A stretch of 32,000 bases of DNA, taken from the NCBI RefSeq assembly GCF_000146505.1, contig NC_017448.1:750001-782000 (forward strand). The letters run 5' to 3'. Positions 23,459 through 32,000 of this stretch are shown here, in pieces (the first letter of the stretch is position 1; every line of letters begins with the position of its first letter). The position numbers and the translations under genes are program-made. The notes below the pieces were generated by a model that worked only from the letters and a program-made list of their open reading frames with translations, was not told the DNA's origin and did not search any database. This stretch comes from Fibrobacter succinogenes subsp. succinogenes S85 (GTDB lineage Bacteria > Fibrobacterota > Fibrobacteria > Fibrobacterales > Fibrobacteraceae).

Positions 23459-24874
23459 ATGTCAAGGAAATTTTTAGTCCTTTCCGCCCTCGCACTAGGG
23501 CTGATTGTACCGGCCTCGGCAAAAGTCTACACCCGAGATGAGGCGATCAAGACCGCCATGGAAAATTCTTCGGACATCAAGAGCGCCGAAGAAGACCTCA
23601 TTTCCGCAAATTCCCAAGTAGACGCAGGTTACGGTAACGCATACCCCTCTATTGACTTCAACGCTACTGTCACCCGTATTTTCGGTCTGGATGACGTCAA
23701 AAAAACAACCGCCCTTACGGATGCCGCCAAAGACATGGCCGACAAAAAGGACGACGCCGGATACCCCAAAGCAAACGCTTTTGACCAAAACGTAATGGGT
23801 CCTGCCGTGGATGGGCTTATCTATGGCATGAAGTCCCAAGGTTATCGCTGGCAGTCTAGCGTGGGCCTCACACTGACCCAGGTGCTCTACGCTGCAGGCA
23901 AGGTCGGTACAGCCATCGACATCGCCAAGGCATACAAGCACTTGCAAGAAGTCAACCTTGATAACACGAAGTCGAAAGTCCGTTACGAAGTTGATAACGC
24001 TTTTGACCAGCTCATTTACCTGGATTCTTCCATCGCCATTGTTGATGAAAGCATAAAAATCACTCAGGATAACCTTGATTTTGTGGAACAAGGAGTCAAG
24101 AGCGGACTTGCCACAGAACTGGACTTGGCTAGAGTCCAGCTCTCCATGGAAGCCCTCAAGGTCGACAGAAAAGCACTCGAAGACAAGCGCCTCCTTGCCA
24201 AGAACGCCCTTCTCAACACCATGGGTCTTGACTGGGACAACGATGTTCAATTCAACGGTGAACTCCGCACCCCGGATTCGAACCTCCCCTACCCGGACAC
24301 AGCCATGACTAGCGTCAAGCAACGCCGTAGAGAATTGGTGATGCTCCAGGCAACCGAAACGATGAAAGAAAAGAACATCGAAATTGAAGAAGGCGGCTAC
24401 AAACCGACAATCGCTTTGGTCGGTGGCCTCAAATACGCCAACAACAAGAACAAGATTACCGAATGGGACGCACCGAAGTGGGATAAGCTCAACAAATACG
24501 TCGCTTTGAATGTATCCATGAACTTGTTCCAAGGCATGCAAACCAAGGAAGCCATCGTCCAGGCTAAATCTAGCCTCCGCAGCACCCAGATCCAGAAAGA
24601 AACTGCAGAACGCGGCTTCCGCGTGCAAATTGAAAGCTGCGCACAGACTCTCGCCTCCACGGAACGCAATCTTGAAGTTTTGAAGAATAACATTGACCTG
24701 GCCCAGCGCATCTACGACATGACCGACGCGGCTTTCAGAAACGGCATGGAAACGCAGCTCAACCTGCTTACCGCCAACATGGACCTCCGCAAGGCAAAAC
24801 TCAACTACTTGCAGGGGATTCTCAACTGGAACACCGCTTATAACGCATTGCTCCAAGCCACAGGTGAATACTAA
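23459..24874 (+). CDS. TolC-family outer-membrane efflux protein
   Basis: Signal peptide (...VPASA|K). Two-repeat OEP architecture with long coiled segments. First gene of an OMP-MFP-RND operon. RBS AGGAG. Confidence 0.88.
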   Translation: MSRKFLVLSALALGLIVPASAKVYTRDEAIKTAMENSSDIKSAEEDLISANSQVDAGYGNAYPSIDFNATVTRIFGLDDVKKTTALTDAAKDMADKKDDAGYPKANAFDQNVMGPAVDGLIYGMKSQGYRWQSSVGLTLTQVLYAAGKVGTAIDIAKAYKHLQEVNLDNTKSKVRYEVDNAFDQLIYLDSSIAIVDESIKITQDNLDFVEQGVKSGLATELDLARVQLSMEALKVDRKALEDKRLLAKNALLNTMGLDWDNDVQFNGELRTPDSNLPYPDTAMTSVKQRRRELVMLQATETMKEKNIEIEEGGYKPTIALVGGLKYANNKNKITEWDAPKWDKLNKYVALNVSMNLFQGMQTKEAIVQAKSSLRSTQIQKETAERGFRVQIESCAQTLASTERNLEVLKNNIDLAQRIYDMTDAAFRNGMETQLNLLTANMDLRKAKLNYLQGILNWNTAYNALLQATGEY

Positions 24875-24894
24875 GATTTAAGAGGAAGACAATC

Positions 24895-25944
24895 ATGAAG
24901 ACCATTACAAAATCAATCATTACTATTTCTGCCCTGTCGCTCCTCCTCGCTGGATGCGGCGACGCTAAGAAAGACGCCAAGTCCGAGAAAAAAGTTTCGA
25001 CCATCGAAGAAATCCAGAAGGTCAATGGCAAGCCTGCCCGCGTCGTGAAGGCTGCTACAGTCAAGCTCACAGACGTCCGCGCCTTCAGTGGCACCATCGA
25101 AGGTAGCCAGCAGACGACAGCAACCGCCAAGCTCGGTGACCCGATTGCAAAGATCAACGTCCGCGTTGGTTCCAAGGTCAAGAAAGACCAGGTTCTCGCG
25201 GAATTCGTCTTTACGGGCGACAACACGGCTTACCAGCAAGCAAAAGCAGCCATGGAACTGAACGAAAAGACCCTCGCCCGCACCAAGGAAGTGCAGGCCA
25301 AGGGCGGCGTTTCCCAAAGTACAGTGGACCAGCTCGAAACCCAGATCAGTGTTGCCAAGATGCAGTTGGAAGCTGCCCGCCGCGCAACGCTCGTGCTCGC
25401 CCCGTCTTCTGGCACCATTACCGAAGTCAAGCACAAGGCCGGCGAAGTTCCGGGTGTCGGTGGCGCCATGTTCACCATCGCAAACCTCGACAAGGTTATC
25501 CTCAAGCTCAACGTCACAAGTTCCGAAATCGGTTTCTTCAAGAAGGGCGCCAAGGCAACAATCGAACTCAACGGCGAAAAGCTTCAGGGCGAAGTAAGCC
25601 TCATTCCGCTCGCCGCAAACCCGATAACCCGCTTCTTCCCGGTTGAAGTCACATTCAAGAACAAGGGTCAAAAGCTCCTCCCGGGCATGTACCTCACCAC
25701 AAAAATTGACGCCCGTGAAGTTACAGGCGTTACAGTCCCTGTCGAAGCCATTGTCTATAGCAATGGCGTGAACTCGGTCTGGACAGTCGATAGCGAAGGC
25801 AAGGCCAAGCGCAAAATCGTGCAACTCGGAGTGCAAACCAAGACCGACATCCAAATCAAGGATGGCCTTAGCGAAGGCGACGTCGTGATGGTCGAAGGCC
25901 AGAACCGCATGAATGATGGCGACAAGGTGCTGATCGTCGAATAA
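24895..25944 (+). CDS. Efflux RND periplasmic adaptor (membrane fusion protein, HlyD/AcrA family), lipoprotein
   Basis: Lipobox LLLAGC. Carries lipoyl/hairpin/beta-barrel MFP motifs (V..G..VKKDQVLAE, APSSGTITEV, IPVEAIV). Confidence 0.9.
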   Translation: MKTITKSIITISALSLLLAGCGDAKKDAKSEKKVSTIEEIQKVNGKPARVVKAATVKLTDVRAFSGTIEGSQQTTATAKLGDPIAKINVRVGSKVKKDQVLAEFVFTGDNTAYQQAKAAMELNEKTLARTKEVQAKGGVSQSTVDQLETQISVAKMQLEAARRATLVLAPSSGTITEVKHKAGEVPGVGGAMFTIANLDKVILKLNVTSSEIGFFKKGAKATIELNGEKLQGEVSLIPLAANPITRFFPVEVTFKNKGQKLLPGMYLTTKIDAREVTGVTVPVEAIVYSNGVNSVWTVDSEGKAKRKIVQLGVQTKTDIQIKDGLSEGDVVMVEGQNRMNDGDKVLIVE

Positions 25945-25964
25945 TCGACACTGGAGTATAGTCA

Positions 25965-28900
25965 ATGATTAAAGCCAGTATTTACAAACCAATCACCATG
26001 CTCATGGTCATCTTGACCGTGGTGGTGTTCGGTCTTTATACCTATTCCATGATGGTGGTGGACTTGATGCCGAAATTCGAAGTCCCCGTGGTTACGGCCA
26101 CCATCATTTACAAGGGCGCAAACCCTGAAGAAATCGAAACCACAATTATCAAGCCGATTGAAGAACAGGTGGAACTCGTGGACGGTATCGACTATGTGCA
26201 GTCCATCTGCTTGGAAAACTACGGCATTATCGTCGCCATGTTCAACATGGGCGTGAACGTGGACGTTGCCGCAAATGACGTGCGTTCCAAGGTGGACCTC
26301 GCCTCTGCGGACTTTCCGGATGCCGTGCAGGCGCCGATTATTTCGAAGGTCGATATTAACGGTGCTGCCATCATGGCAATCTCGTTCACCGGTCCTCTAA
26401 ACTCTACAGAACTCCGCCAGAAAGTCGAAGACGAAATCGAACCGCTCTTCACTTCTGTTTCCGGTGTTGCTAGCGTCGATATTTTCGGTGGTACAACCCG
26501 CCAGATCGCCATCGAAGTCGACAAGGAAAAAATGATGGACCGCGGTGTCGATATCGGCACCATGATGGGCCTTTACGGCATGTCCAACGTTAACCTCCCG
26601 ATTGGTGAAGTTATCGGCAAGCACAAGAACACGTCTGTGCGTACCGCAGGTAAGTTCAAGAACCTCGATGAAATGCGCAACATGGAAATTCCGACGGAAA
26701 AGGGCGTCGTCAAGCTCTCTGAAATTGCCGTCGTGAAAGATACCATCGAAACAATTACATCGACTTCCCGCTTTAACGGCATCAACTCAGTCGCTCTCGA
26801 TATCAAGAAACGCTCCGATGCAAACGTCGTGGAAGTTTCCAGAGGCGTGCTCAAGCGCATGGCAGAAGTCAACAAGACTCTCCCGGAAGGCTTCAAGCTC
26901 ACGCTCATTTACGACAAGTCCGAAGCTGTGAACGAATCCATCGACAACGTTATCCAGAACATCATTATCGCCATCGTACTTACCGCCGCCCTCTTGCTCT
27001 TGTTCCTCGGCAAGTTCTCCACGATGATTATCGCGGCCCTCACGATGCCGATTTCCGTGATTGGCGCATTCACGCTCATGTACTTCGCAGGCTTTGGCAT
27101 CAACATGATGTCCCTCATGGCTCTTTCAAGTTCCGTGGGTCTGTTGGTGACAAACTCCATCGTGGTGCTCGAAAACATCAACAACAAGCTGAATCTAGGC
27201 CTTGATCCGAAGGAAGCTGCCTACAAGGGAACGTCCGAAATCATGATCGCCATCATGGCTTCGACACTTACAAACGTTGCCGTGTTCGTGCCGATTGCAT
27301 TCATGAAGTCCATCGTGGGTATCTTCTTTAGAACATTCGGTATGACCATGGTGTTTGCAACGTTCGTGTCGCTCCTCGTGACATTCACGCTGACACCGCT
27401 TATGGCCGCCTACTTGTTCAAGGGTAAAAAGAAAGACGAAAACGGAAACATCATCGAAGAAAAGCCGGGCATTGTCGGAACCATTCTTGGTCTTTTCCCG
27501 AAGGTTTTGAACGGATTCCGCTTTGTTTACTTGAAGGTTCTCGGTTTCTGCCTTTCTGTTCCGGGTTTCTTTGTCCAGGTTTTAGGCCTTGGCGTAACGA
27601 TTTTCGTTGTCATTGTGTTGGCAAAAAACAACTTGACTGTTGAACTTACCCCGAGACAGGACCAAGGCATGATGAGCATCAAGCTCGAAATGCCCGTAGG
27701 TACGAATATCGAAACGACCGACAGCGTGGCTCATATTATCGAATCCCGCGTCAAGGATATTCCTGAAATTGTTCACTACAGCATGAACGTGGGTGGTTCC
27801 AACGGCTTTACGACCGTAAACCAGGCTACCATGCGTGTAAGGCTCTTGAAGGACTGGGAAAAGAAGAAAATGAAAGACTGGAAAGGCAGACATCGCAGTA
27901 CGGACGAAATCGTCGACTCCATCCGTCCGTACCTCGCCAACATTCCAGACGCTTACATTTCCGTGAAGTCCACCTCCGCCTCTGAAATGCAGAACAACTC
28001 CAGCGGCGACGTGGTGCTCGAAGTGAACGGTCTCCATGCAGACTCCGTCATCAAGGCATCTCAAATCGTCCTTGACCGCGTGCAGCAAAAGATTGACGGC
28101 ATCGTGGATATCAAGACGAGCTATGAAGCCGGTAAGCCTGAAATCCGCTTGATTCCGAACCGCGCAGCTCTCGCTGACTATGGTGTAACGCTTGAAACCG
28201 TCGCAAACTACAACTACATTGCAGTGAACGGTTTCGAAGCAGGCCAGTACACCGAAGACGGTGAAGAATACGACGTTTACGTACGCTTGATGGAAAAGGA
28301 TAGACAGAGCCATGCCGACATCGAAGACCTGCCAGTCAAGACACCGAAGGGCTACGTAAGTGCTAGCGAACTCTTCCACATCGAAGATGGTGCTGGTCCG
28401 ACACGTATTGACCGTAAGCGCAAGATGAGACGTGTTGACGTTTCGATGAACTTGCTCCCGGGACATACGACCGGTGAAATCATGGGCAAGCTCGGAAAGC
28501 TCACCGCAGAAATGAAGGATGAACTCCCAGAAGGCATCACGTTCAGCTTCGGTGGTAACGCCGACATGCAGAACGACATGCAGAAGGAATTCATGACTGC
28601 AATCGTGATGGCTATTATCCTCACCTACATTTTGCTCGTCGCCCTCCTTGAAAGCTTCATGCAGCCGTTTATCATCATGACGACCATCCCGATGGGTGCT
28701 ATCGGTGTGCTCCTCGCCCTTATCTTTACAGGCAAGGCACTTTCCATGATCGCTCTCATGGCAATCGTTATGTTGATTGGTGTGGTGGTGAACAACGCTA
28801 TCCTATTGCTTGACGAAGCAAACCGCCTGTTGCGTAGTGGCAGCATGGGACGCCGCTCGGCTATGTTGACCGCCGCCAAGGCAAAGTTCCAGCCGATTGT

Positions 28901-29129
28901 GCTTGCAACGCTAGCTTCCGTGATTGCACAGCTCCCGCTCGCATTCGCTCTCGGTGGTAACGTTGCCGCCATGACTCAGCCGATGGGTATCGCCTCTGTG
29001 GGTGGCTTGATCGTGTCCGCAGTGCTTACCATGTTCCTTGTGCCTACATTCTTCTGGCTCCCGAACGCCTTGTTTAGCAAGGTCAAGAAAGGCGCCAAGA
29101 AACTCCAGGCCAAGATGAACAAGGCTTAA
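25965..29129 (+). CDS. RND efflux transporter permease (AcrB/HAE1-like)
   Basis: 1054 aa. Twelve-TM AcrB architecture with two large periplasmic loops, and conserved TM4/TM10-type segments (LSLMALSSSVGLLVTNSIVVLENI; AIVMLIGVVVNNAILLLD). Confidence 0.95.
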   Translation: MIKASIYKPITMLMVILTVVVFGLYTYSMMVVDLMPKFEVPVVTATIIYKGANPEEIETTIIKPIEEQVELVDGIDYVQSICLENYGIIVAMFNMGVNVDVAANDVRSKVDLASADFPDAVQAPIISKVDINGAAIMAISFTGPLNSTELRQKVEDEIEPLFTSVSGVASVDIFGGTTRQIAIEVDKEKMMDRGVDIGTMMGLYGMSNVNLPIGEVIGKHKNTSVRTAGKFKNLDEMRNMEIPTEKGVVKLSEIAVVKDTIETITSTSRFNGINSVALDIKKRSDANVVEVSRGVLKRMAEVNKTLPEGFKLTLIYDKSEAVNESIDNVIQNIIIAIVLTAALLLLFLGKFSTMIIAALTMPISVIGAFTLMYFAGFGINMMSLMALSSSVGLLVTNSIVVLENINNKLNLGLDPKEAAYKGTSEIMIAIMASTLTNVAVFVPIAFMKSIVGIFFRTFGMTMVFATFVSLLVTFTLTPLMAAYLFKGKKKDENGNIIEEKPGIVGTILGLFPKVLNGFRFVYLKVLGFCLSVPGFFVQVLGLGVTIFVVIVLAKNNLTVELTPRQDQGMMSIKLEMPVGTNIETTDSVAHIIESRVKDIPEIVHYSMNVGGSNGFTTVNQATMRVRLLKDWEKKKMKDWKGRHRSTDEIVDSIRPYLANIPDAYISVKSTSASEMQNNSSGDVVLEVNGLHADSVIKASQIVLDRVQQKIDGIVDIKTSYEAGKPEIRLIPNRAALADYGVTLETVANYNYIAVNGFEAGQYTEDGEEYDVYVRLMEKDRQSHADIEDLPVKTPKGYVSASELFHIEDGAGPTRIDRKRKMRRVDVSMNLLPGHTTGEIMGKLGKLTAEMKDELPEGITFSFGGNADMQNDMQKEFMTAIVMAIILTYILLVALLESFMQPFIIMTTIPMGAIGVLLALIFTGKALSMIALMAIVMLIGVVVNNAILLLDEANRLLRSGSMGRRSAMLTAAKAKFQPIVLATLASVIAQLPLAFALGGNVAAMTQPMGIASVGGLIVSAVLTMFLVPTFFWLPNALFSKVKKGAKKLQAKMNKA

Positions 29130-29154
29130 TCAAATTTCATTAGACAACTCCGCA

Positions 29155-29183
29155 AAGTCCCCCACCTCGGGGGACTTTTTTTG
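29155..29183 (+). terminator. Rho-independent terminator after the RND operon
   Basis: AGTCCCCC (29156-29163), loop ACCTC, GGGGGACT (29169-29176), running into T7. Confidence 0.85.
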
Positions 29184-29270
29184 TTAAACGAAAGCACCGC
29201 TTTGATAACGGTAGTTTGCAAAATTTGCATGGATATGTCTTTTCGAGATTTTTGTTTGTATTTTACGGGG

Positions 29271-30569
29271 ATGAATACAAAAAACTTGTCCAAAAAATGG
29301 TGTCAGAAAAACGGGATTGCGATTGTCGAAAGCGCCGGGGAAAGCGCTCAGGAATGCGCCGCACCCATAAAAATCGCCGTGCCGAATGCAACCGATGAAT
29401 TCCTCCTCGAAAAAATCCGTTTTGCCACACAGCAACGCATTGTCCCTGAGCAACACTCCCCTGCCGAAATCAAGATGATGCACAGCCACGCAGAATCAAT
29501 CGATGACGAAGATTTGCTACAGCATCTCAATCATCTCGAGATTTCACGAAATTCATCTTGGGAATCAGAACCGATTATAAACCTCGTCGATAGCCTTATC
29601 ATCAAAGCGCTCCAGAAAAAGGCAACCGACATTCACCTAGAACCGTTGGCAGATGCGCTACGCGTACGCTTTCGCATTGACGGGCTTTTAACGGAATACA
29701 GGACATTTCCGCAATGGCTTACTGAACCTGTACTGATTCGCCTCAAAGTCATGGCCAACGTTGATATCACGGAACGCCGCTTGCCACACGACGGGAGTTT
29801 TGCCTTTGAAAATTTTCAAGAGAAAGTAAACGTTCGCGTCAGTACAATTCCCGTAAACAACGGAGAGAAATGCGTGCTGCGATTGCTCCCAGCAAACGAT
29901 TCCGCACAAACGCTCGACAGCCTTGATTTTAGCGAACCAACACTCCAAGCCATTCGGAAAATTTTCAGCGCTCCGCAAGGGCTGTTCCTCGTTACAGGCC
30001 CCACCGGAAGCGGCAAGACGACAACACTTTACGCAGGCCTTCGAGAAATCATCCAACGAAAAATAAACGTCACAACGATCGAAGATCCCATAGAATACGA
30101 ACTCCGCGGAGCGAATCAAGTTCCCGTCAACGAGAAATGCGGATTCACGTTCGCCGTTGCATTGCGTTCTATTTTGCGCCAGGATCCAGACGTGATTCTC
30201 GTCGGGGAAATCCGCGATGCAGAGACCGCACAGATTGCATTGCAAGCAGCACAGACAGGACATCTTGTCTTGAGCACTTTGCACACGAACAGTGCAAAAG
30301 CTGCGGCGGCGAGACTTCTTGATTTAGGCGTTCAAAAGAGTATCTTGGACGAAGCTTTACTTGGAGTTTTTGCGCAGCGTCTCGTAAGGAAACTTGATAA
30401 AACAACGTCTCAGGAGTCTACACCACAATACAAAGGCAGAACCGTTGTCTGTGAATTGCTACTCCCCAACAACACCTACGCCGACTCCTCCATGCAAGAA
30501 AACGCAAGAAAGCTCGTAGAATCCGGCATCACCACCGAAGAAGAAATCAAAAGGGTATTAGGATCATAA
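29271..30569 (+). CDS. GspE/PilB-family type II/IV secretion (type IV pilus) ATPase
   Basis: T2SSE N-terminal domain. Walker A GPTGSGKTTT; Asp box TIEDPIEYEL; Walker B DPDVILVGEIRD; His box GHLVLSTLHTNSA. The start is set at ATG 29271, with ATG 29229 as an alternative. The track start at 29181 is a TTG overlapping the upstream terminator. Confidence 0.85.
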   Translation: MNTKNLSKKWCQKNGIAIVESAGESAQECAAPIKIAVPNATDEFLLEKIRFATQQRIVPEQHSPAEIKMMHSHAESIDDEDLLQHLNHLEISRNSSWESEPIINLVDSLIIKALQKKATDIHLEPLADALRVRFRIDGLLTEYRTFPQWLTEPVLIRLKVMANVDITERRLPHDGSFAFENFQEKVNVRVSTIPVNNGEKCVLRLLPANDSAQTLDSLDFSEPTLQAIRKIFSAPQGLFLVTGPTGSGKTTTLYAGLREIIQRKINVTTIEDPIEYELRGANQVPVNEKCGFTFAVALRSILRQDPDVILVGEIRDAETAQIALQAAQTGHLVLSTLHTNSAKAAAARLLDLGVQKSILDEALLGVFAQRLVRKLDKTTSQESTPQYKGRTVVCELLLPNNTYADSSMQENARKLVESGITTEEEIKRVLGS

Positions 30570-30570
30570 C

Positions 30571-30595
30571 AAGTGAACTATTTCTTAGTTCACTT
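30571..30595. terminator. Hairpin between the convergent ATPase and primase-like genes (possible bidirectional terminator)
   Basis: AAGTGAAC (30571-30578), 9-nt loop, GTTCACTT (30588-30595). It overlaps the stop codon of the minus-strand gene. The flanking U-tracts are weak. Confidence 0.45.
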
Positions 30596-31762
30596 CTTCC
30601 CACCAAACCAATCGTTGATGTCTTCGCCTTCTTTCATCGACAATTTGCCAAATTGATCTACGCCATCACCAAGCACAACCGTGCGGATATTCGCATTCGC
30701 AAAAACCGTCTGCAAATACTCCGTACCGCTGCGCCCCGCCTCGTCCTTGTCCAAACAAAGCACGACGCTTTTGTTCTTGAACAGCGGGAGCCATTCTGTC
30801 TTGAAAGAACGCACGCCCGGGATTCCAATTGCCGCAATGCGTTGTCCCAAGAACGTAAGCGTATCAACCACGCCTTCGCAAAGGTAAACCCATCCCGGCC
30901 TTTCGTCAAGCGCTGAAACATTGTACGGGAACGGCACCGTTCCGCGCAAGTTCAGTTCCTTCGGCACAACCGTGCTATCGATTGCGCGTGCCTGAAAATA
31001 AAACGATCGACGCTTGGTATCGAGATACGGGAAAAATAGCGGATGCTTGTAATACCTCAAGTTCCCTTTTTCACTGAAAAGCCCCACGTACTTGAGGACT
31101 TCCAAATCGTAAGTTTCCTTGAGCTTGTTGTTCAGCGCACCATAATCCGTAATCGTGCGCAAAAGCATTTTATCCCAAATCGGCTTGTAAATGCGACGGC
31201 GTGCAAGGTAGGCAGCCGCAGGCGTCTTGTCGACAGGACTCAACATTTTCAAAAACGAGAGGATAATCTTCTTGCGTTCATCTTCGCTTACAAGCTCTTT
31301 TGCAGGCTCGGGAGAGCGGTATTCAAGAGCGGCATCACGGACTGCCGTTTTTGCAACAAGTGCGGCACTTTGTTCTAGCGACACATTCGAAGCAGGAGCT
31401 CGATTCGGCATCGTTGATGCAGAGGCGGAACTCGTCGTTGATATGCGATTTTGCACCTGAGGCTTAGCCCCACGCAACAGGAATCCGTACGTTTCCTTGA
31501 GCCAGTTCAAAGCTTCCAGAAAAGAACAATTCTTGACAAACTGCACAAGCGAAATTACATCACCGCGAACGTCATCGCAGACCCAGCAGCGGAATGTTCC
31601 GCGTTCTTCGGAAAATGATACAGACGGAGTTCTATCGCCATGCGCATGGCGTGTCGGGAAAAAGCAACGACAACGGCCACGCACCACCGGGAGGCCTAAA
31701 TCCATAGCCACCGTCGTAATCGAGAGCGCAGCCTTAAATTGTTTGAGTTCCTCTTCTGTCAT
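30590..31762 (-). CDS. DnaG-like primase: CHC2 zinc finger plus Toprim, compact (390 aa), without a helicase-binding C-terminal domain
   Basis: CHC2 finger C.C..P.RH.HGDRTPS......G.F.CW.C...GD.I.L. Primase core-like YL..R.I; FFPY.D; Toprim E (LCEGVVD) and DxD (LDKDEAG). The start is moved to ATG 31760-31762 because the longer ORF would overlap murB. Confidence 0.78.
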   Translation of the reverse strand: MTEEELKQFKAALSITTVAMDLGLPVVRGRCRCFFPTRHAHGDRTPSVSFSEERGTFRCWVCDDVRGDVISLVQFVKNCSFLEALNWLKETYGFLLRGAKPQVQNRISTTSSASASTMPNRAPASNVSLEQSAALVAKTAVRDAALEYRSPEPAKELVSEDERKKIILSFLKMLSPVDKTPAAAYLARRRIYKPIWDKMLLRTITDYGALNNKLKETYDLEVLKYVGLFSEKGNLRYYKHPLFFPYLDTKRRSFYFQARAIDSTVVPKELNLRGTVPFPYNVSALDERPGWVYLCEGVVDTLTFLGQRIAAIGIPGVRSFKTEWLPLFKNKSVVLCLDKDEAGRSGTEYLQTVFANANIRTVVLGDGVDQFGKLSMKEGEDINDWFGGKK

Positions 31763-31789
31763 TGCACCAAGAATATATATATTTTCGTC

Positions 31790-32000
31790 ATGATTATTCA
31801 AGAAAATATACCGATGAGCGAGCATACGTCCTTTAAAGTAGGCGGTTCCGCACGATATTTCATCAAAGCAGAATCCGTAAGCGATATTAAAGAAGCAATC
31901 GCATTTGCAAACGAGCACGCGCTCCCGAACTACATTCTCGGTAAGGGAACGAACTTGCTCGTCTCTGACAGCGGATACAACGGCGTCATCATCCAGCTCG
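31790..32000 (+). CDS. murB: UDP-N-acetylenolpyruvoylglucosamine reductase, N-terminal 70 codons (continues past the window end)
   Basis: Not in the ORF track. My translation from ATG 31790 gives MIIQENIPMSEHTSFKVGGSARYFIKAESVSDIKEAIAFANEHALPNYILGKGTNLLVSDSGYNGVIIQL. This matches the MurB FAD-binding N-terminus (HT...GG.A........ILG.G.N.LV.D.G..G.VI.L). Confidence 0.85.
   Translation, partial: MIIQENIPMSEHTSFKVGGSARYFIKAESVSDIKEAIAFANEHALPNYILGKGTNLLVSDSGYNGVIIQL

Noticed and set aside
23495-25965. 453-aa and 350-aa minus-strand ORFs
   Set aside because: They are antisense to the tolC-like and MFP genes of the efflux operon. They have no signal peptides or motifs and the composition typical of shadow frames.
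29217-29229. Palindrome TGCAAA-A-TTTGCA upstream of the ATPase gene
   Set aside because: It is short and AT-rich, overlaps one candidate start codon, and occurs only once. That is not enough to call an operator.
31763-31918. N-terminal extension of the primase-like ORF
   Set aside because: It would overlap the murB start region on the opposite strand by about 130 nt. The internal ATG at 31762 begins a sensible N-terminus (MTEEELKQF...) just before the zinc finger.
1-32000. CRISPR arrays, tRNA/rRNA genes, IS elements, integrases, toxin-antitoxin pairs or known defence genes
   Set aside because: I looked through every intergenic region of 40 bp or more and all ORFs. I saw no regularly spaced repeats, cloverleaf-like sequences, transposase/integrase motifs or recognisable defence domains.

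Overview
This window looks like a chromosomal, mostly housekeeping segment from a Fibrobacter-like genome. That attribution is an inference from an 808-codon ORF carrying three copies of the 'Fibrobacter succinogenes major paralogous domain' signature (KTVKIGxQxWMAENLN ... GRLY.W ... CP.GWHLP). All homology calls come from motifs I recognise by eye; no searches were run.

Gene order:
- htpG 3' end
- triple-domain FISUMP lipoprotein (-)
- MocR/PdxR-type regulator (-), divergent from pdxS-pdxT (+)
- DUF1232 membrane protein (-)
- DUF1846/UPF0371 (-)
- COG2509 FAD-dependent protein (+)
- RluA-family pseudouridine synthase (+)
- UvrD/PcrA helicase (-)
- putative beta-barrel outer-membrane protein (+)
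- YbjQ/UPF0145 (+)
- TM2-domain protein (-)
- ispD (+)
- lipoprotein (+)
- pheT (+)
- three small secreted proteins or lipoproteins (-)
- dnaX-ybaB (+)
- tolC-like / MFP / RND efflux operon (+)
- GspE/PilB-type ATPase (+)
- compact CHC2-Toprim primase-like protein (-)
- murB 5' end (+, not in the ORF track)

I found no rRNA, tRNA, CRISPR array, IS element, integrase or recognisable defence system. The many long antisense ORFs are shadow ORFs of the real genes.

Items most worth a second look:
1. An A10 run in dnaX, at the domain III boundary, with stops immediately downstream in both alternative frames. It is a candidate tau/gamma recoding or transcriptional-slippage site.
2. A family of intergenic hairpins with conserved flanks (GSCGAT...ATGAC) whose stems differ by compensatory changes. 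One copy carries a ~78-nt nested insert.
3. 11-bp-phased direct repeats in the pdxR/pdxS divergent region, a candidate PdxR operator.
4. A 15-nt motif (GTGRTTARTAARCAG) in direct orientation on both sides of the three-gene secreted-protein cassette between pheT and dnaX.
5. A truncated primase-like protein next to a GspE-like ATPase that lacks the tetracysteine subdomain.

None of these amounts to a demonstrated novel system, and all need external checks.
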